Made by a program: the position numbers and the translations under genes. The notes under the pieces were generated by a model. The model made no database searches. It was not told the origin of the DNA and saw only the letters and a list, made by a program, of their open reading frames with translations. From contig NC_135673.1 of the NCBI RefSeq assembly GCF_964188315.1, positions 29,636,001 through 29,700,000 on the forward strand: a stretch of 64,000 bases of DNA, written 5' to 3'. The DNA is from Podarcis muralis (Eukaryota). The stretch's first letter is position 1. Each line of letters begins with the position of its first letter. Below, piece by piece: positions 51,837 to 64,000 of the stretch.

Positions 51837-52044
51837 CTTGTGAGCTTCCTTCTGATAAACATATTGAAACTTCATCATTCCTGTCATTATCATCTCCAAC
51901 ATCTGTCGAAGCATCATCTTCTGGAATGGTTATTGATCTACTGCTGGAATCAGATTGATTGGGGAAAAGAGCAGGGCCACCTAGAGGAGGGAGGACTTCA
52001 ATTCCCATTAGACGATATTTTCGTCTTCGATTCCCAATCCAAGT
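51837..52044 (-). CDS. HDX: HDX coding exon, homeodomain recognition helix plus acidic region (TWIGNRRRKYRLMGIEVLPP...EVSICLSEGSSQ)
   Basis: cattacaag|ACT TGG ATT GGG AAT...TCA CAA G|gtattc; 208 nt, phase 0/1; lies within ORF 51817..52074. Confidence 0.96.
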
Positions 52045-52719
52045 CTTGTAATGAGAAGCAGACATGGAGAACATCAGAAGTTGTAACTAATTCTGTATAA
52101 TAGTATAACTTTGTGTTAATGGAAATGTTACTTCTGTATGCATGCTACTGTATTTCTTTGCAGCTTTTTTAAATTAAAAAAATCAATAAAAATTATACTA
52201 AAAGAAGTTATAATTGATTCAGAAGTTGGAATGTAAAGGAGGAAAGCCCTGAGATCTCCAAGTCTAGGAGACCACAATTTCCCTGCATAAAGCAACTGGA
52301 AACAGTCTGCCTACTGTTTTCCTGGCGCTAAAGAACAGGCAGAGGTTCCCCAAAGATACAAGCAGCAGCAAGAGTCCGAATTGGAGCATATGACCCTAGT
52401 GTGGTGTCAACTCTACTGGCTCCCCATTTACTTCTGGGCCCAATTCGAAGTGCAGATATTGACCTTTAAAGCCCTAAGCAGCCTGGAAATAAGATATTTT
52501 AACAGGAATAGAGAACTGATAGCCTTCCAGTTGGTGGGATACAATTTCCATCATCCCTGACCATTGGCTATGCTGCCTGGGACTGATGGCATTTCAAGCC
52601 AACATAATCTAGAAGGCCTCAAATTCCACATTCGTCTTAAGGACTGCCGCCTTCCACAGGAGCCTACATGCTCTGATAGATCTTCAGCTGAGGTCCTGGA
52701 TCTATGCCCCTGTTGTCTG

Positions 52720-53312
52720 ATATGCTCAAAAATGATAATGCAGAGATGGAAAAAGTTCAGAAAAGGGCAACCAAAATAATCAAAGAAATGGAGCAACTCC
52801 CCTATGAGGAAAGGCTGCAGAGTTTGGGACCTTCTGGAGAAAAGGCAAGTAAGAGAGGCAAGTGATAGAAGTTTATAAAATAATGCCTAGCATGGAGAGA
52901 GAGGACAGAGAAAAGCTTTTTCTCCATCACTTGTAACATTCAAACTTATGGACATCCAATGAAGCTAAATGTTGGAAGATTTGTGAAAGATAAAAGAAAG
53001 TACTTCTTCACAAGATACATATAAAGTATGGAACTCACTCCCACAGTGACCTATACGGCTTTAGAAAATAATTTGACAAATTCATGGCAATCAATGGCTA
53101 CTAGCTATGATGGCTATTATCTTTCTCCACAGTTGGAGGTAGTAATGCTTCTGAATATCAGTTGCTGGAAACCATGGTAGGAGAAAGTAATCTTGTGCTC
53201 AGGTCCTGCTTGAGGACTGGGTTGGTCCATAGGCATCAGGTGGCCACTGTGAGAAGATGATGCTGGACTATATTGGTCATTAGCTTGATACAATAGGCTC
53301 TTCTTATGTTCT
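52720..53312 (+). mobile_element. Old CR1-like LINE 3' fragment
   Basis: gaaaaagttcagaaaagggcaaccaaaataatcaaa...ccctatgaggaaaggctg (EKVQKRATKIIK...PYEERL), with a squamate-type 3' UTR. Confidence 0.7.
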
Positions 53313-54597
53313 TTTAAAGTAAGGCTGGTGAATATGTGGGATAAGGTCTTTCTGAACACCACATCTAGGCTTTGGATCTCTCTTTCCCTGGGTGCTTGCT
53401 TGGTCCTTCACCCCATCTCTTATAAAGACCCCTCTTGGGGGGCTTTTGGGGAGTATATAGCATCACATTACTACTGTGTCCTTGTTGGTTGCTTGCCAGC
53501 CACTTAGATGGTCACTGATATAGACCTCATCAAAATGTTTCCATGAGATGGCCAATCCTCTGCATGGTTACAGCCAATCAACATACACAGCTGCATCTCA
53601 TGGTACAGAACAAGGGCAGTGCAAGTGGGGGAGTTGTATGTCTAAAAGTTCTTCCTCTCACAATCTCCTTGCTCTTTTCTTGCATGACAGAATGGCACTA
53701 ATAAAAATATATAGCACCTGCTCTCTTTTAAATATTTAACCTCAGTAGACCAACTTAAAAGCTATGCTTTATTTAGTGGTGTTTCCATTTTTAGAAATGG
53801 TGGACTATAGTGAGGCATTACTGCACCCTCAACAGATCAGTGAAATACTAAGTCAAAAACACAAGGGCTCATGAATTGCTCCTTTAGCTGGAAAGTCAAC
53901 AGCTTCAACAAATCAAAGTTGTTTTGTATGTTTATGAAACAAAACCGAACAAAACCCAATACGCTTGAATTAATTGTTGATTACGTTAAACTGAACTGGC
54001 CAGAGACCTACTTAGTCTTTTTGAAAAGATAGTATTTCCATTATGGCAATGTTTAACTGAGCTCCTGCAGAATGAAAAGGAAGTGGTGGGGGTGGTGAAC
54101 TACAAATAAAACATTGCTAAAGAAGCACCTTAGTCCTGGGGAGGAAAGTATGTAGAATTTAGGTATCAAGAGGCAGAAAAAAAGAACTGACATCGTGTCT
54201 CTTTTCTCACAAATTCACTATGGCTGAAACAGTTGGTTAGAAATTCTCTGTCCAGAAAAATCTTGCCTCCTTCCTAGATAGCTGTGCAGCAAAGGGCTTC
54301 AGAATGGGAGCCTAGTAACTGCACTGCTATTTCCACCCTAGCCTAACAATGCCTAACTCTGGAGCTCTTGTTGGGGCCAAATGGCTCATTAACTACTGTC
54401 TCTTTTCTACCCTACCATCCTCATCACCCTGCCTAGACCCTAGATCTATCCATGTGATGCTTCTGCAAGTCAGCTGAGAATCTGGCCAGATCACACAAGG
54501 CTCCTGTATGTTGGCTACCACATTCCTACATCATAGTTGCTTTTCAGGTCACCGTCCTCAACTCGCTAAAGCACATTAGTTATTATAGCATAGTTTC

Positions 54598-55808
54598 CAT
54601 GAAGCTGAAGTAACCTTCCAGGTCTGCAAGGGGTATTTTGGAAGATGAATCACATTTCTTTTTTTGATAGTTACAAGCTTCGTGGATCATGGGAATTCTG
54701 TGGACATAGTGTATCTGGATTTCAGTAAGGCTTTTGACAAAGTCCCCCATGATATTTTTGAAGAAAAGATGGTAAAATATGGACTGGACAACATAACACA
54801 TAGATTTGTAGTTGGCTGACTAACCAAACCCAAAGAGTGCTCACTAACGGTTCCTTGTGATCCTGGAAAAAAGTGACAAGAGGGGTGCCATGGGGTTCTG
54901 TTCTGGGTCCGTTGTTCGACATCTTTATAAAAGACTTGGATGAAGAGATTGAGGGAATGCTCATCAAATGTGCAAATGACACTAAACTGGGAGAGGTAGC
55001 CTATGCGGTGGAAGATAGAATTGAGATTCCAGATGACCTCAACATATTGGAATAATGGCTAAAAACTTAAAAAACGAGAGAGAGAGAGAGAGAGAGAGAG
55101 AATTTCAATGGAGGAAATTTCAGGTTCTACACTTAGGCAGGAAGAACCAGCTACAGAAATATAAGATGAGAACCACCTGGATTGCCAGTAGTACATGTGA
55201 AAATGATATAGGGTAGACCACATGCTTAATGAGTCAAAAGATGTAGCAGCTAAAAAGAAGGCTGCATTAAAAAAAAGTATAGTGTCCAGATCACATCTGG
55301 AGTCCTGTGTCTAGTCTCGAGCACCACAATTTAAGGAGGATATTGACAAGAGGGAATGTGTGCAGAGGAGGGCAACCAAGATGATCAAGGGTCAGGAAAC
55401 TAAACATTATGAGGAATGATTGAGAGGACTGCATGTATTTAGCCTGGTAAAGAGGAGACCAAGAGGAGACATGATAGCCATCTTATAATATCTCAAGGAC
55501 TCCTGCATGGAGGATGGAGCCAGCTTGTTTTCTTCTGCTCTGGAGGGTAAGACCTTAACCAGTAGCTTCAAGTTATGAAAGAGGAGATCCCAACTAAACA
55601 TCAGGAAGAACTTTCTGGCAGTAAGAGCTGTTAAGACACTAGAACAGACTTCCACAAGAAGTGGTGGGCTGTATTTCTTTTGATGTGTTTAAGCAAAAGT
55701 TGGATGTCCATCTGTCATGTATGATCTAGTTGAGATTCCTGCACTGCAGGGGCTTGGACTAGATGGCCTTCAGGATCCATTCCAAATCTACAATCCTATG
55801 ATTCTATG
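54598..55808 (+). mobile_element. Old CR1 LINE fragment, interrupted by (GA)n
   Basis: gtgtatctggatttcagtaaggcttttgacaaagtc (VYLDFSKAFDKV) and [23 protein letters not shown] motifs; the CR1 tail ends at ctatgattctatg. Confidence 0.88.
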
Positions 55809-56789
55809 TTAGCTGCTGAGGTGCCAGTCCCTGGCAGACCCTACCACTGATGCATGCTCTTTCTACCCTTTCCTGAAAAATAGTGGGTGCTTTACAGTGA
55901 AGGTCTGAAGTTTAGCATAATGTCACTTTGAAATACTGCGGGGAATTAACAGCAGCAGCTCCCAGATATCAGCAGGAGCCACCCAGCATTCCCTGGTATG
56001 CTGCTGCCAGGCACTAGCAGCTAAGTCTGCCAGCCAGACACTTTGCCAAGGACCCCCTACACCTTGCCCTGTAAGGACACCAGTTAAAGTGGTCAGCAGA
56101 CAACATCTTTTGACAACTGCTGCTCTGGCAACATAATCAACTTTGTAGAAGAACAGCAATTTATTTTTCCCTGAAAAGTTTCTTAATGGTTAAATGGGCC
56201 AGATCCTTATGTCTCCCACACCACCCCAAGCCAACGTATCTTTATTTGCCCCACACCCACATGGTAGGCAGGTGAACCTTAGCTGAAATGGCCTCGTAAG
56301 CTAGAAGGTGAGTCTAACTAGGTTCACAGGCCAGGAGCTACCACCTTTGCCTTTGCAAATTTTCTGCCCTCAATTTCTGTTAACCACTATTCCCAGCTAG
56401 GCACCATCTTCTTGCTAATCATTAGCACATTGGTTAGTACCTAGAATCTGCAGCATTTTCCAAAGTGCTGATTCGACAACTTCCAACTCACTGTAGAGAC
56501 TGCAAGTGTTACAAGACCCCAAATCACTTTTGCAGTGTTTGACCTGCGTCAGTTGTTTCACACATGCAAACCGCTAGCTGAAACATAATCACTGATTAAG
56601 GGGTGTGCGGGTCTTTGCTATCATTTTTGGAGGTTCGGAAGACAGTCAAATTTGGGGTTAATAGTTCTGCATAAGGAATGACTAACCAAAGAGAAACTAA
56701 GTTTCCCAGTGGTCAGGAGATCGAATTTCAACACTATCTACCACTCCTTTTTTTCCACATCTAGCCACCTGTAGACCAATTACATTGAA

Positions 56790-57090
56790 GTTACACAGTT
56801 TAAAGTATCCTAAGAACCAGCTTCGCCCACAGGTGCCTCTCCTAAACTCGGTTCAACATCTGAGGTCCTACTTCACGTCTCTCCTCCAACTGAGGTTCAT
56901 CAGTTGAGAAAGAGGAGCAACACATTTTCAGTTGTGGCACTGCCTGCCCTATGGAGGCTGTCACTCCATGCCTTCCGGCACCTGGTGAAAACCTGGCTCT
57001 TTACAGGCCTTTTGAGAGAAGCTTTATCATGCTGCTTGATATTGCATGGATTACATGTACAGGCGTTCTGGGTTCTGGGTCATTGTGCAC
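56790..57090 (+). mobile_element. Old L2 3' fragment
   Basis: TFSVVALPALW...AFRHLVKTWLF resembles the L2 C-terminal AFSVAAPTLWN...FRRLLKTxLF. Confidence 0.55.
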
Positions 57091-57455
57091 TTGCATGAAA
57101 TCGTGTGCAATTGAAACACCCCATTCCATCCCGCTCTCACCTCATTCAGCCCACAACCTGCCCCTACCCCACTCCCGTTCTGCCCTTTTAGTGACGTCTT
57201 TATGTTTCCAGGTCACTTCCAGGTTCGGCACTGCGCGTGTGTGCGCAATTGCGCACATATCTGTTGCGCCTAAAACGTTGCTTGCCTGTATCTCCATCCT
57301 CTTGTGTGCTCTGAGTTCCCCTAGTGGAAGGAAAGAAGGGCAGAAATTTCTAAAATAAACACTGACATTTAAGTCCCACTGAGTGCAGTGGGCTATGTAG
57401 GCCTGGATATCAGTTATCTCTACTTCACTGAGTTAGACCAGGCTGTTACCTAATA

Positions 57456-57693
57456 CAGTGGTACCTTGGGTGAAGTACTTAATTCGTTCCGGAGGTCCGT
57501 TCTCAATCTGAAGCTGTTCTTAACCTGAAGCACCACTTTAGCTAATGGGGTCTCCTGCTGTTGCCGCGCAGCCGGAGCACGATTTCTGTTCTCATCCTGC
57601 AGCAAAGTAACCCGAGGAACTATTTCTGGGTTAGCGGAGTCTGTAACCTGAAGCGTATGTAACCTGAAGCGTATGTAACTTGAGGTACCACTG
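57456..57693 (-). mobile_element. Tc1/mariner-pogo-type MITE, family A
   Basis: ta|cagtggtaccttggg...tgaggtaccactg|ta. Confidence 0.9.
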
Positions 57694-58657
57694 TATGCTG
57701 CTCCCCACACACCTTTAGGATATGCTAATATTTCCCAAAGTATTTTCCCTCTTTTGAAATTTCAACAACGCAGAATGAAACACTGCAAAACACGTTTACC
57801 TGCTCTGAATACTTAATTTTGGGAACAAAATCTGGGGTTTCCTGCTTTAGTATTGGGGGAAGAGGAGGCGAGCAGAGAAAGAACACAGAATACATAAATT
57901 CCTGAATATTAATGTTGTTTGGAAATATATTTACAAACATATATATTTCAGGGGAAATGCTTCTATCTGCTTTAGGTAATTTTCACCAATTTGTTATTTT
58001 AAAGATAATGGTGAGTATCATCATCATCATCACTGTGAGACAACAAGTTAAAGTGGTTAGGGTGTTGAAGTAGAAATGGGGAAGATTTGGATTCTGATTT
58101 CTACTCAGCCATTAAGCTCACTGTTGGACCAGTCAGGGTACCAAGCAGAGGTCTTTCACAACTCCCAAGGTGAGTGACAATGAACATAGGACCAGAAACA
58201 TGCAAAGGATTACTCCCAACACAGAACTGTGTTGCTCCCTTAGCAAAATAACATAATATAACATAACATACTCAGCTCCCAACACAGAACTGTACTGCTC
58301 CCTTGCAAAAAAATAAAAATAAAACTCAGCTCCCTTCTCCTTCACAAGGAGCTTTTATATTTTGACTAACTGCACAAGTTATTCATTTTCAGTTCTGCAG
58401 AAAGCCTTTGCTTGTTTTAAAATCCCAGTCCAACTGGACTGTCAAACATGCAGCTCGTGCTGCCAATTGATAAAAGTCTCACCTGAGGGATTTTAACTAT
58501 AAATAGACAGGAAACAGAGCAAGAGAGCACTTCCTAACGTGGCCATTCATTATGTAACACGTGCAGTCTATTTCAGTCTACCTCATGTAATTTTTTAAAA
58601 AAGCTTTCATCTAGGCTATTTTCTGCAACCAGAAACGGGAGGACTGGAGGTTCTTAC

Positions 58658-58804
58658 CCGTACTATTTCACAGTCAACATTTAACTCCGCAGCGACTGCT
58701 TCAATTTTCTCTCTGCAAATTGCACCAAGGCTCGTCATGCCCCTGTCCCAGTATCTCTTAAGGGTAGCTAAATCCCGGTCACTGAATTGTGTACGGTCTT
58801 GTAG
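58658..58804 (-). CDS. HDX: HDX coding exon, homeodomain 2 helices 1 to start of 3 (LQDRTQFSDRDLATLKRYWDRGMTSLGAICREKIEAVAAELNVDCEIVR)
   Basis: tttacag|CTA CAA GAC...GTA CGG|gtaag; 147 nt, phase 0/0; lies within ORF 58616..58978; recognisable HDX homeodomain sequence. Confidence 0.96.
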
Positions 58805-59988
58805 CTGTAAATCAAGCACACACTTTATTGTTTTAAGTACTAGAAAGGAGACAACAGTTGAAAATGAAGGTGTTCCACATGGTGTTGCAAAGTCAAAAAT
58901 TAAAGCCCAGTTCCTAACTCCTAACCTTTGAATGAAATAAGAAGTTACCATGTAGATTAGGCTGGTGATAAAGCACATGCCTGGTCACTTGCAGGGGATA
59001 AATATGGCTGCATTTATCTGGAAAAGCATGGTTCTCCTCCTCACCATGCAAGTTGAGGGGGAACCATAATAACTCCATTGGTTATTGGCTGCAAAGCCAA
59101 CTTCCACAATATAAAACAGGGGTGAGGAGCCTGTGGGCCCTCCATATGTTGCTGGACTTCAACTCCCATCATCCCTAACTACTGGACATGTCAGCTGGGG
59201 TTGATTGGAATTGGAGTCTACCTAAAGGGTTACAGGTTCCCCAATCTGGATATAAAATGTACTATTAAAAAATGAACTTTGCGGGGGCAGCGGCGTTAAT
59301 CTCTGGTCACTAAACACCAGTCCCAAATAAGAAGCCACCCAAGTGGCTCAGGGCTGGACTTTGGCAAACTTGAGAAGGAAGAAGACTCCAAAATTGGAGG
59401 ACAGCCAGCAGGGCACCTCACTAAGCAAAGGGATTTTTAAAGTGACATGGTGATTGTCACTAACCAAGAATTAGGAAGCAGGTGGTTAAAAAAAGAAATC
59501 CATGTAAACAAGCTCTTTGACTGAAGATTTCACTTTGCCCTTTAAAGCACCACTGTCTGCTAAATCATTCACATCTTGCCTGGCCTTAAATTCATCAGTC
59601 ATGTTATACAGATGCTGAAGGACAGGTTGTCAGACGGTTTTCTGGCAAAGAACTTCAATTAATACACTATAAAAAGCAGCCCTTGTGGCTAAGTAGAGGC
59701 TGCCTCTCTGTCATGCTCAAGATTACATATGGTTTCTCATGTGTGAAGGTCAATATTTGTTTCTTCTCAATATTGGGTAAGGGATGGCCTGCAAACAGCA
59801 CTGACTCTTTTGAAGGGCTTCCTTTCCCTGTCCCCATACCCTGAATACTAAGCAGCATATAAATATCTGAAATAAATAATAAATACCGCTTCTAACCACC
59901 ATGCAAAAATATCTCTTATTCCACAGCATGGGCAATGTTGTGCTGAAGGTAACGCTCACAATTCTTTAACCAAAGCTAAAGATTCTTT

Positions 59989-60320
59989 GGGACGCGGGTG
60001 GCACTGTGGGTTAAACCACAGAGCCGAGGACTTGCCAATCAGAAGGTCGGCGGTTCAAATCCCCGCGATGGGGTTGCTTGGTCCCTGCTCCTGCCAACCT
60101 AGCAGTTCGAAAGCACGTCAAAGTGCAAGTAGATAAATAGGTACCGCTCCGGCGGGAAGGTAAACGGCGTTTCCGTGTGCTGCTCTGGTTCGCCAGAAGC
60201 GGCTTAGTCATGCTGGCCACATTACCCGGAAGCTGTACGCTGGCTCCCTTGGCCAATAAAGCGAGATGAGCGCCGCAACCCCAGTCGGTCACGACTAGAC
60301 CTAATGGTCAGGGGTCCCTT
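59989..60320 (+). mobile_element. Full-length Sauria SINE with 12-bp TSD
   Basis: Starts gggacgcgggtggcactgtggg; TSD taaagattcttt at 59977-59988 and 60321-60332. Confidence 0.95.
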
Positions 60321-60897
60321 TAAAGATTCTTTAACCTAAATTCACTTGCATCGCAACTAGGAGAAAACAGAGGTATAGGATAAAGAGGTGTTTATCAATG
60401 CCTTGAGATGCCTATTTGCCTTAAAATTATCCTTTCTTTTAACTATCTGGCATTATATTCTTCAGCTAATTAAGACCATGTTCACTTGAACAGCTAAAAT
60501 CCCAAAACTGCTTTCATGCCTGTGGCATTCCACCAAGAAAGAAGTTAAGGTGAAGATTCCTGAGCAGTTTTTCCAGAGTAGGCAACCTCACACCTCTCTG
60601 GGGTTCCTGCCTCAATTATACAAAGACTGAAACCCCTGGGACAGCATCTAGCACAACTGCAAATACTTAAATACTGTGCCTGACTATATATAAGAAAAGC
60701 TTCAATTTTTAGATTCTCTGATCTATAGTAAGGCACCATATCAAAAGCAGGGGTTGGGAACCACTAACCCACAAAGCTTCTCCATCCAGGAACTATTATT
60801 GTGCACTTACTCAATTTATTAATCCCTATACACTAGCAGTTTACAAAATTTGAAGAGCATGAAGTATAAATTTTAAAAATGCATTAAAACAAAAGTA

Positions 60898-61144
60898 CAG
60901 TGGTACCTCGGGTTACATACACTTCAGGTTACAGACACTTCAGGTTACAGACTCTGCTAACCCAGAAATAGTACCTCGGGTTAAGAACTTTGCTTCAGGA
61001 TGAGAACAGAAATTGTGCTCTGGCGGCATGGCGGCAGCAGGAGGCCTTATTAGCTAAAGTGGTGCTTCAGTTAAGAACAGTTTCAGTTTCAGGTTAAGCA
61101 CGGACCTCCGGAACGAATTAAGTACTTAACCTGAGGTACAACTG
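60898..61144 (+). mobile_element. Tc1/mariner-pogo-type MITE, family A
   Basis: ta|cagtggtacctcgggtta...ctgaggtacaactg. Confidence 0.9.
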
Positions 61145-61173
61145 CAATAATAACCTATCAAACAAACCAAATA

Positions 61174-61399
61174 CAGTGGAACCTCGGGTTAAGAACTTAA
61201 TTGTTTCTGGAGGTCCGTTCTTAACCTGCAACTGTTCTTAACCTGAGGTACCACTTTAACTAATGGAGCCTCCCGCTGCCACAGCGCCGCCACCGTGCGA
61301 TTTCTGTTCTCATCCTGAAGCAAAGTTCTTAACCCAAGGTATTATTTCTGGGTTAGTGGAGTCTGTAACCTGAAGCATCTGTAACCCGAAGTACCACTG
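61174..61399 (-). mobile_element. Tc1/mariner-pogo-type MITE, family A (inverted relative to its neighbour)
   Basis: ta|cagtggaacctcgggtta...cgaagtaccactg|ta. Confidence 0.9.
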
Positions 61400-62140
61400 T
61401 ATGAGTGGCACATACAAGGGTGCTTCCATGGGATTAGAATTTATTTTTCAGGGCTAGCATACTACACATTCTCCTTCCAAGATTACATTAAGAAGTGGAC
61501 TGAATCCTCTTGGTAATAGTTGTCTTTAGAGGGGACAGTAAGTGTCTGTGTATGCTCCACCAGTATGTGGGGGTTTTGCTGAAATTTATTGATTTAACGA
61601 AATTAATATACTGTGTATTCAAACTAACAAACTTTGAGAGATTTACATAGATGATTTCAAATGAGAGTCAGGAAAGCAGTAACTTATGGATAAGGCCCTA
61701 GATAATAAAATGTAACTCTTTAGAAGCAATAAATTCCAGGATACTAAATACTTGGGTGTTATATCCTGGGGGAAACAAGAGAAGGTTTTCCAGATCTCCT
61801 GCAAACTTCCCAAAATCATTTAGCTGGTCTTTGTTAGAAACAAGATGCTGGAATAGACGAGCTCTTCATCTGATTCAGGAGGATTCTTATGTTCTGAAAA
61901 ATAGGATTGCACTGCCCCACTCCCACAAAGAGTCAATGGGAAATGGAAAAGCAGCTCAGCTGAAAGAAACATTTTGACAGCACAGATGAGAACAAGATGG
62001 ATCAGTACATGCTCCAACACATTCAACACACACATAATTTAGCTGTACTAGAGGTAGTTGCCCCTTTCCTAGCTGTCATTGATATTTGGGGGAATGTGAA
62101 GCTGAAAGTATCAAGAAGATGAATCTCTATACAGCATTGA

Positions 62141-62230
62141 AACAAAATTTAAAAAATCCTTCCAGTAGCACCTTAGAGACCAACTAAGTTTGTTATTGGT
62201 ATGAGCTTTCGTGTGCATGCACACTTCTTC
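62141..62230 (-). mobile_element. Penelope-like pLTR remnant, family 1, single copy in an HDX intron
   Basis: Minus strand reads GAAGAA-GTGTG-CATG-CACAC-GAAA-GCTC-ATACC...; near-identical to the arms at 3727-3873. Confidence 0.75.
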
Positions 62231-63546
62231 GGCTTTGGGTCAAAATTTATCTGCAGCTCATTTAAGAATGGCATTCAAGATTGCCCTAGGTCACAAAACC
62301 AATGGAGCTATTTTGTTGTCCTAGCACAACTGGAGACACTTATAACATACTTTACCCTTTTAGCAAATCTCATTTGAATACAATTTCCTTGTGCAAATAG
62401 AGAGATTATATGAAAGTCTAGAAATTGTGTCATTTGTTAAGACTACAGCATCTACAAACAGGTTTAAAATTGCTTTAAAAGCATATTCAATTGCAGAGAT
62501 TGAGGCTATTCAATGCCACCACAAATTAATAGTTAGATAGTTAACCAACAACACTAAAAGCAGAGTCTGTGCACTGTTGTTTTTCCATGGTAGATTTAGA
62601 GTTATTGCTGAACTGAAAGATTTATAGTTCTCTGTCATTGCATTTTCCTTTCGCTATGTGCCAGACAGCCTGGGTTTCATTCTCTCTAAATTAATTAAAT
62701 GAGACAGAAAAGGAGAAGGCAAAACTATTTAGAGGCACACAGAATGTAAAAGGAGAGCTTTCAATAGTTAGTTGAAATGGACTATAAATTCTAAATATGA
62801 AGGTTTTATTTTGAGAGCCATCCATTAGAGATGTCTTTGTTACTCTTGCCATTAGCAATGCTCATCTCCTTTTAAGTCTTATTCTGCATTTCCAAAGGGC
62901 TATGCCATGCTATTTTTCACTCCACTGAGTTTCCCAGTTGATTTTAGTGACACCAATCCATCACTAGAATTATTTGACAACTGGAAATACATTGCAGTCC
63001 ATCTTACAAAAGGAGGATTCCTAACAGCAGGTTTAATTTTGAAGTTTTATTGCTTTTGTCATTATTTAAGCCAACAGTGAGAAATCCGTGTTGATACTGC
63101 TAGCTATTAATAAAATATAGGAAACATTACTGTCAATGGGGAGACTTTTAGGATCTCCATGAATGCAGATGATAATCTTCACCCTTTCTCATTCACTACT
63201 GTCAGTGTTGACAGAGATGCTTCGAGCATTTTACAAGGTTGAAAGTTAAGTGTAACATAAATCAGAATTACTATCAATGGCAAAGGCAATGTGAATATGC
63301 AAAGTTACTTGGAAAAACAGTGCATACCTCTGACTGTGGGTTACACATATCTAACAATGTCATCTCTGCACTTTAACAGGAGATGCTGAGGAAGTAGGAA
63401 GGGGGCTGTGGGTGGGGAGGAAAGATTTCGTTTCAAGACAAACTTTATTTAAAACCCTACTCGTATTAGTTAAAAAGTTCTAAGCTTAAAATACCTAATC
63501 TACGTCTGCACTTTGTTCACTTACTGCTTCAGTGAGAAGTACTTAC

Positions 63547-63600
63547 AGCTCTTTTTCGTGAACTTCCCATAGTCCAAGGTGCAGGAAGATTTCCTGAAAT
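63547..63600 (-). CDS. HDX: HDX coding exon (ISGNLPAPWTMGSSRKRA), most 5' exon found in the window
   Basis: Minus strand reads ttcctcag|ATT TCA GGA...AGA GCT|gtaagt; 54 nt, phase 0/0. The peptide resembles the segment preceding HDX homeodomain 2 as I recall it (human ISGNLTVPWITGCSRKRA). Confidence 0.9.
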
Positions 63601-64000
63601 CTGAGGAAAGAAAAATAATATTCTTCAAAATGGGTTTGGAAAGATACACAATTGTTGTCACAGACCAGGGAAACTGTACCTGGTCAGTGGACTGCATCTG
63701 GAACTGGTCCACCCCACCCCCCACAGGCCAGTCACCTGAAGTCAAGTGATTAAACTTTAAAGGGTGAATCATCATCTTCCTTTCTAGTCATAGATTTGCA
63801 TTTGGTGCCAAATTTAAAAGGCGCCAAATACAAGCCCCGCATGCAGAGGAACAACTGGGAGCACATTCTAAAGCTGTGGCTCTACCCACTCTCCCCCAGA
63901 CATTATAAGATGTCAAGTGTGGGAGCAGGTGGGCCTCAGGAGTCAGAGATTTTTCCATCTCCGATACTGAGCTTGGCTCTTGTGTTGTCTTGACTATCTT

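Noticed and set aside
63620-64000. Possible end of the large upstream HDX exon
   Set aside because: No frame resembles the expected HDX sequence and there is no suitable phase-0 donor; that exon is probably outside the window.
1-64000. CRISPR arrays, rRNA genes, prokaryote-type operons
   Set aside because: This is eukaryotic intron-containing DNA; no repeat-spacer array or rRNA-like sequence was seen.

Overview
Vertebrate genomic DNA, inferred from its repeats (Sauria SINE, BovB, CR1, L2, Rex1/Babar, Penelope-like, Tc1/pogo and hAT MITEs) to be from a squamate, probably a lacertid lizard. The only protein-coding gene I can support is HDX (highly divergent homeobox) on the minus strand. Seven 3' coding exons lie at 63547-63600, 58658-58804, 51837-52044, 48862-48941, 48507-48584, 42449-42571 and 40763-40888, all with AG/GT boundaries and a continuous reading frame; the 5' exons lie beyond the right edge. 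A repeat-poor stretch at about 32.9-40.7 kb may be a long HDX 3' UTR. The left half is intergenic and dense in transposon relics. The most striking structures are two near-perfect fold-back palindromes (3727-3873 and 5261-5435). They come from two unrelated Penelope-like terminal repeats, each with a minimal hammerhead-ribozyme motif at the apex, broken inside the catalytic CUGANGA box; a third copy in an HDX intron is broken at the same box. There is also a degraded hAT-like (hATm-type) transposase at about 9.8-10.6 kb. Most ORFs in the supplied track are spurious or are transposon fragments. No alignments or database searches were run, so family names come from recognition only.
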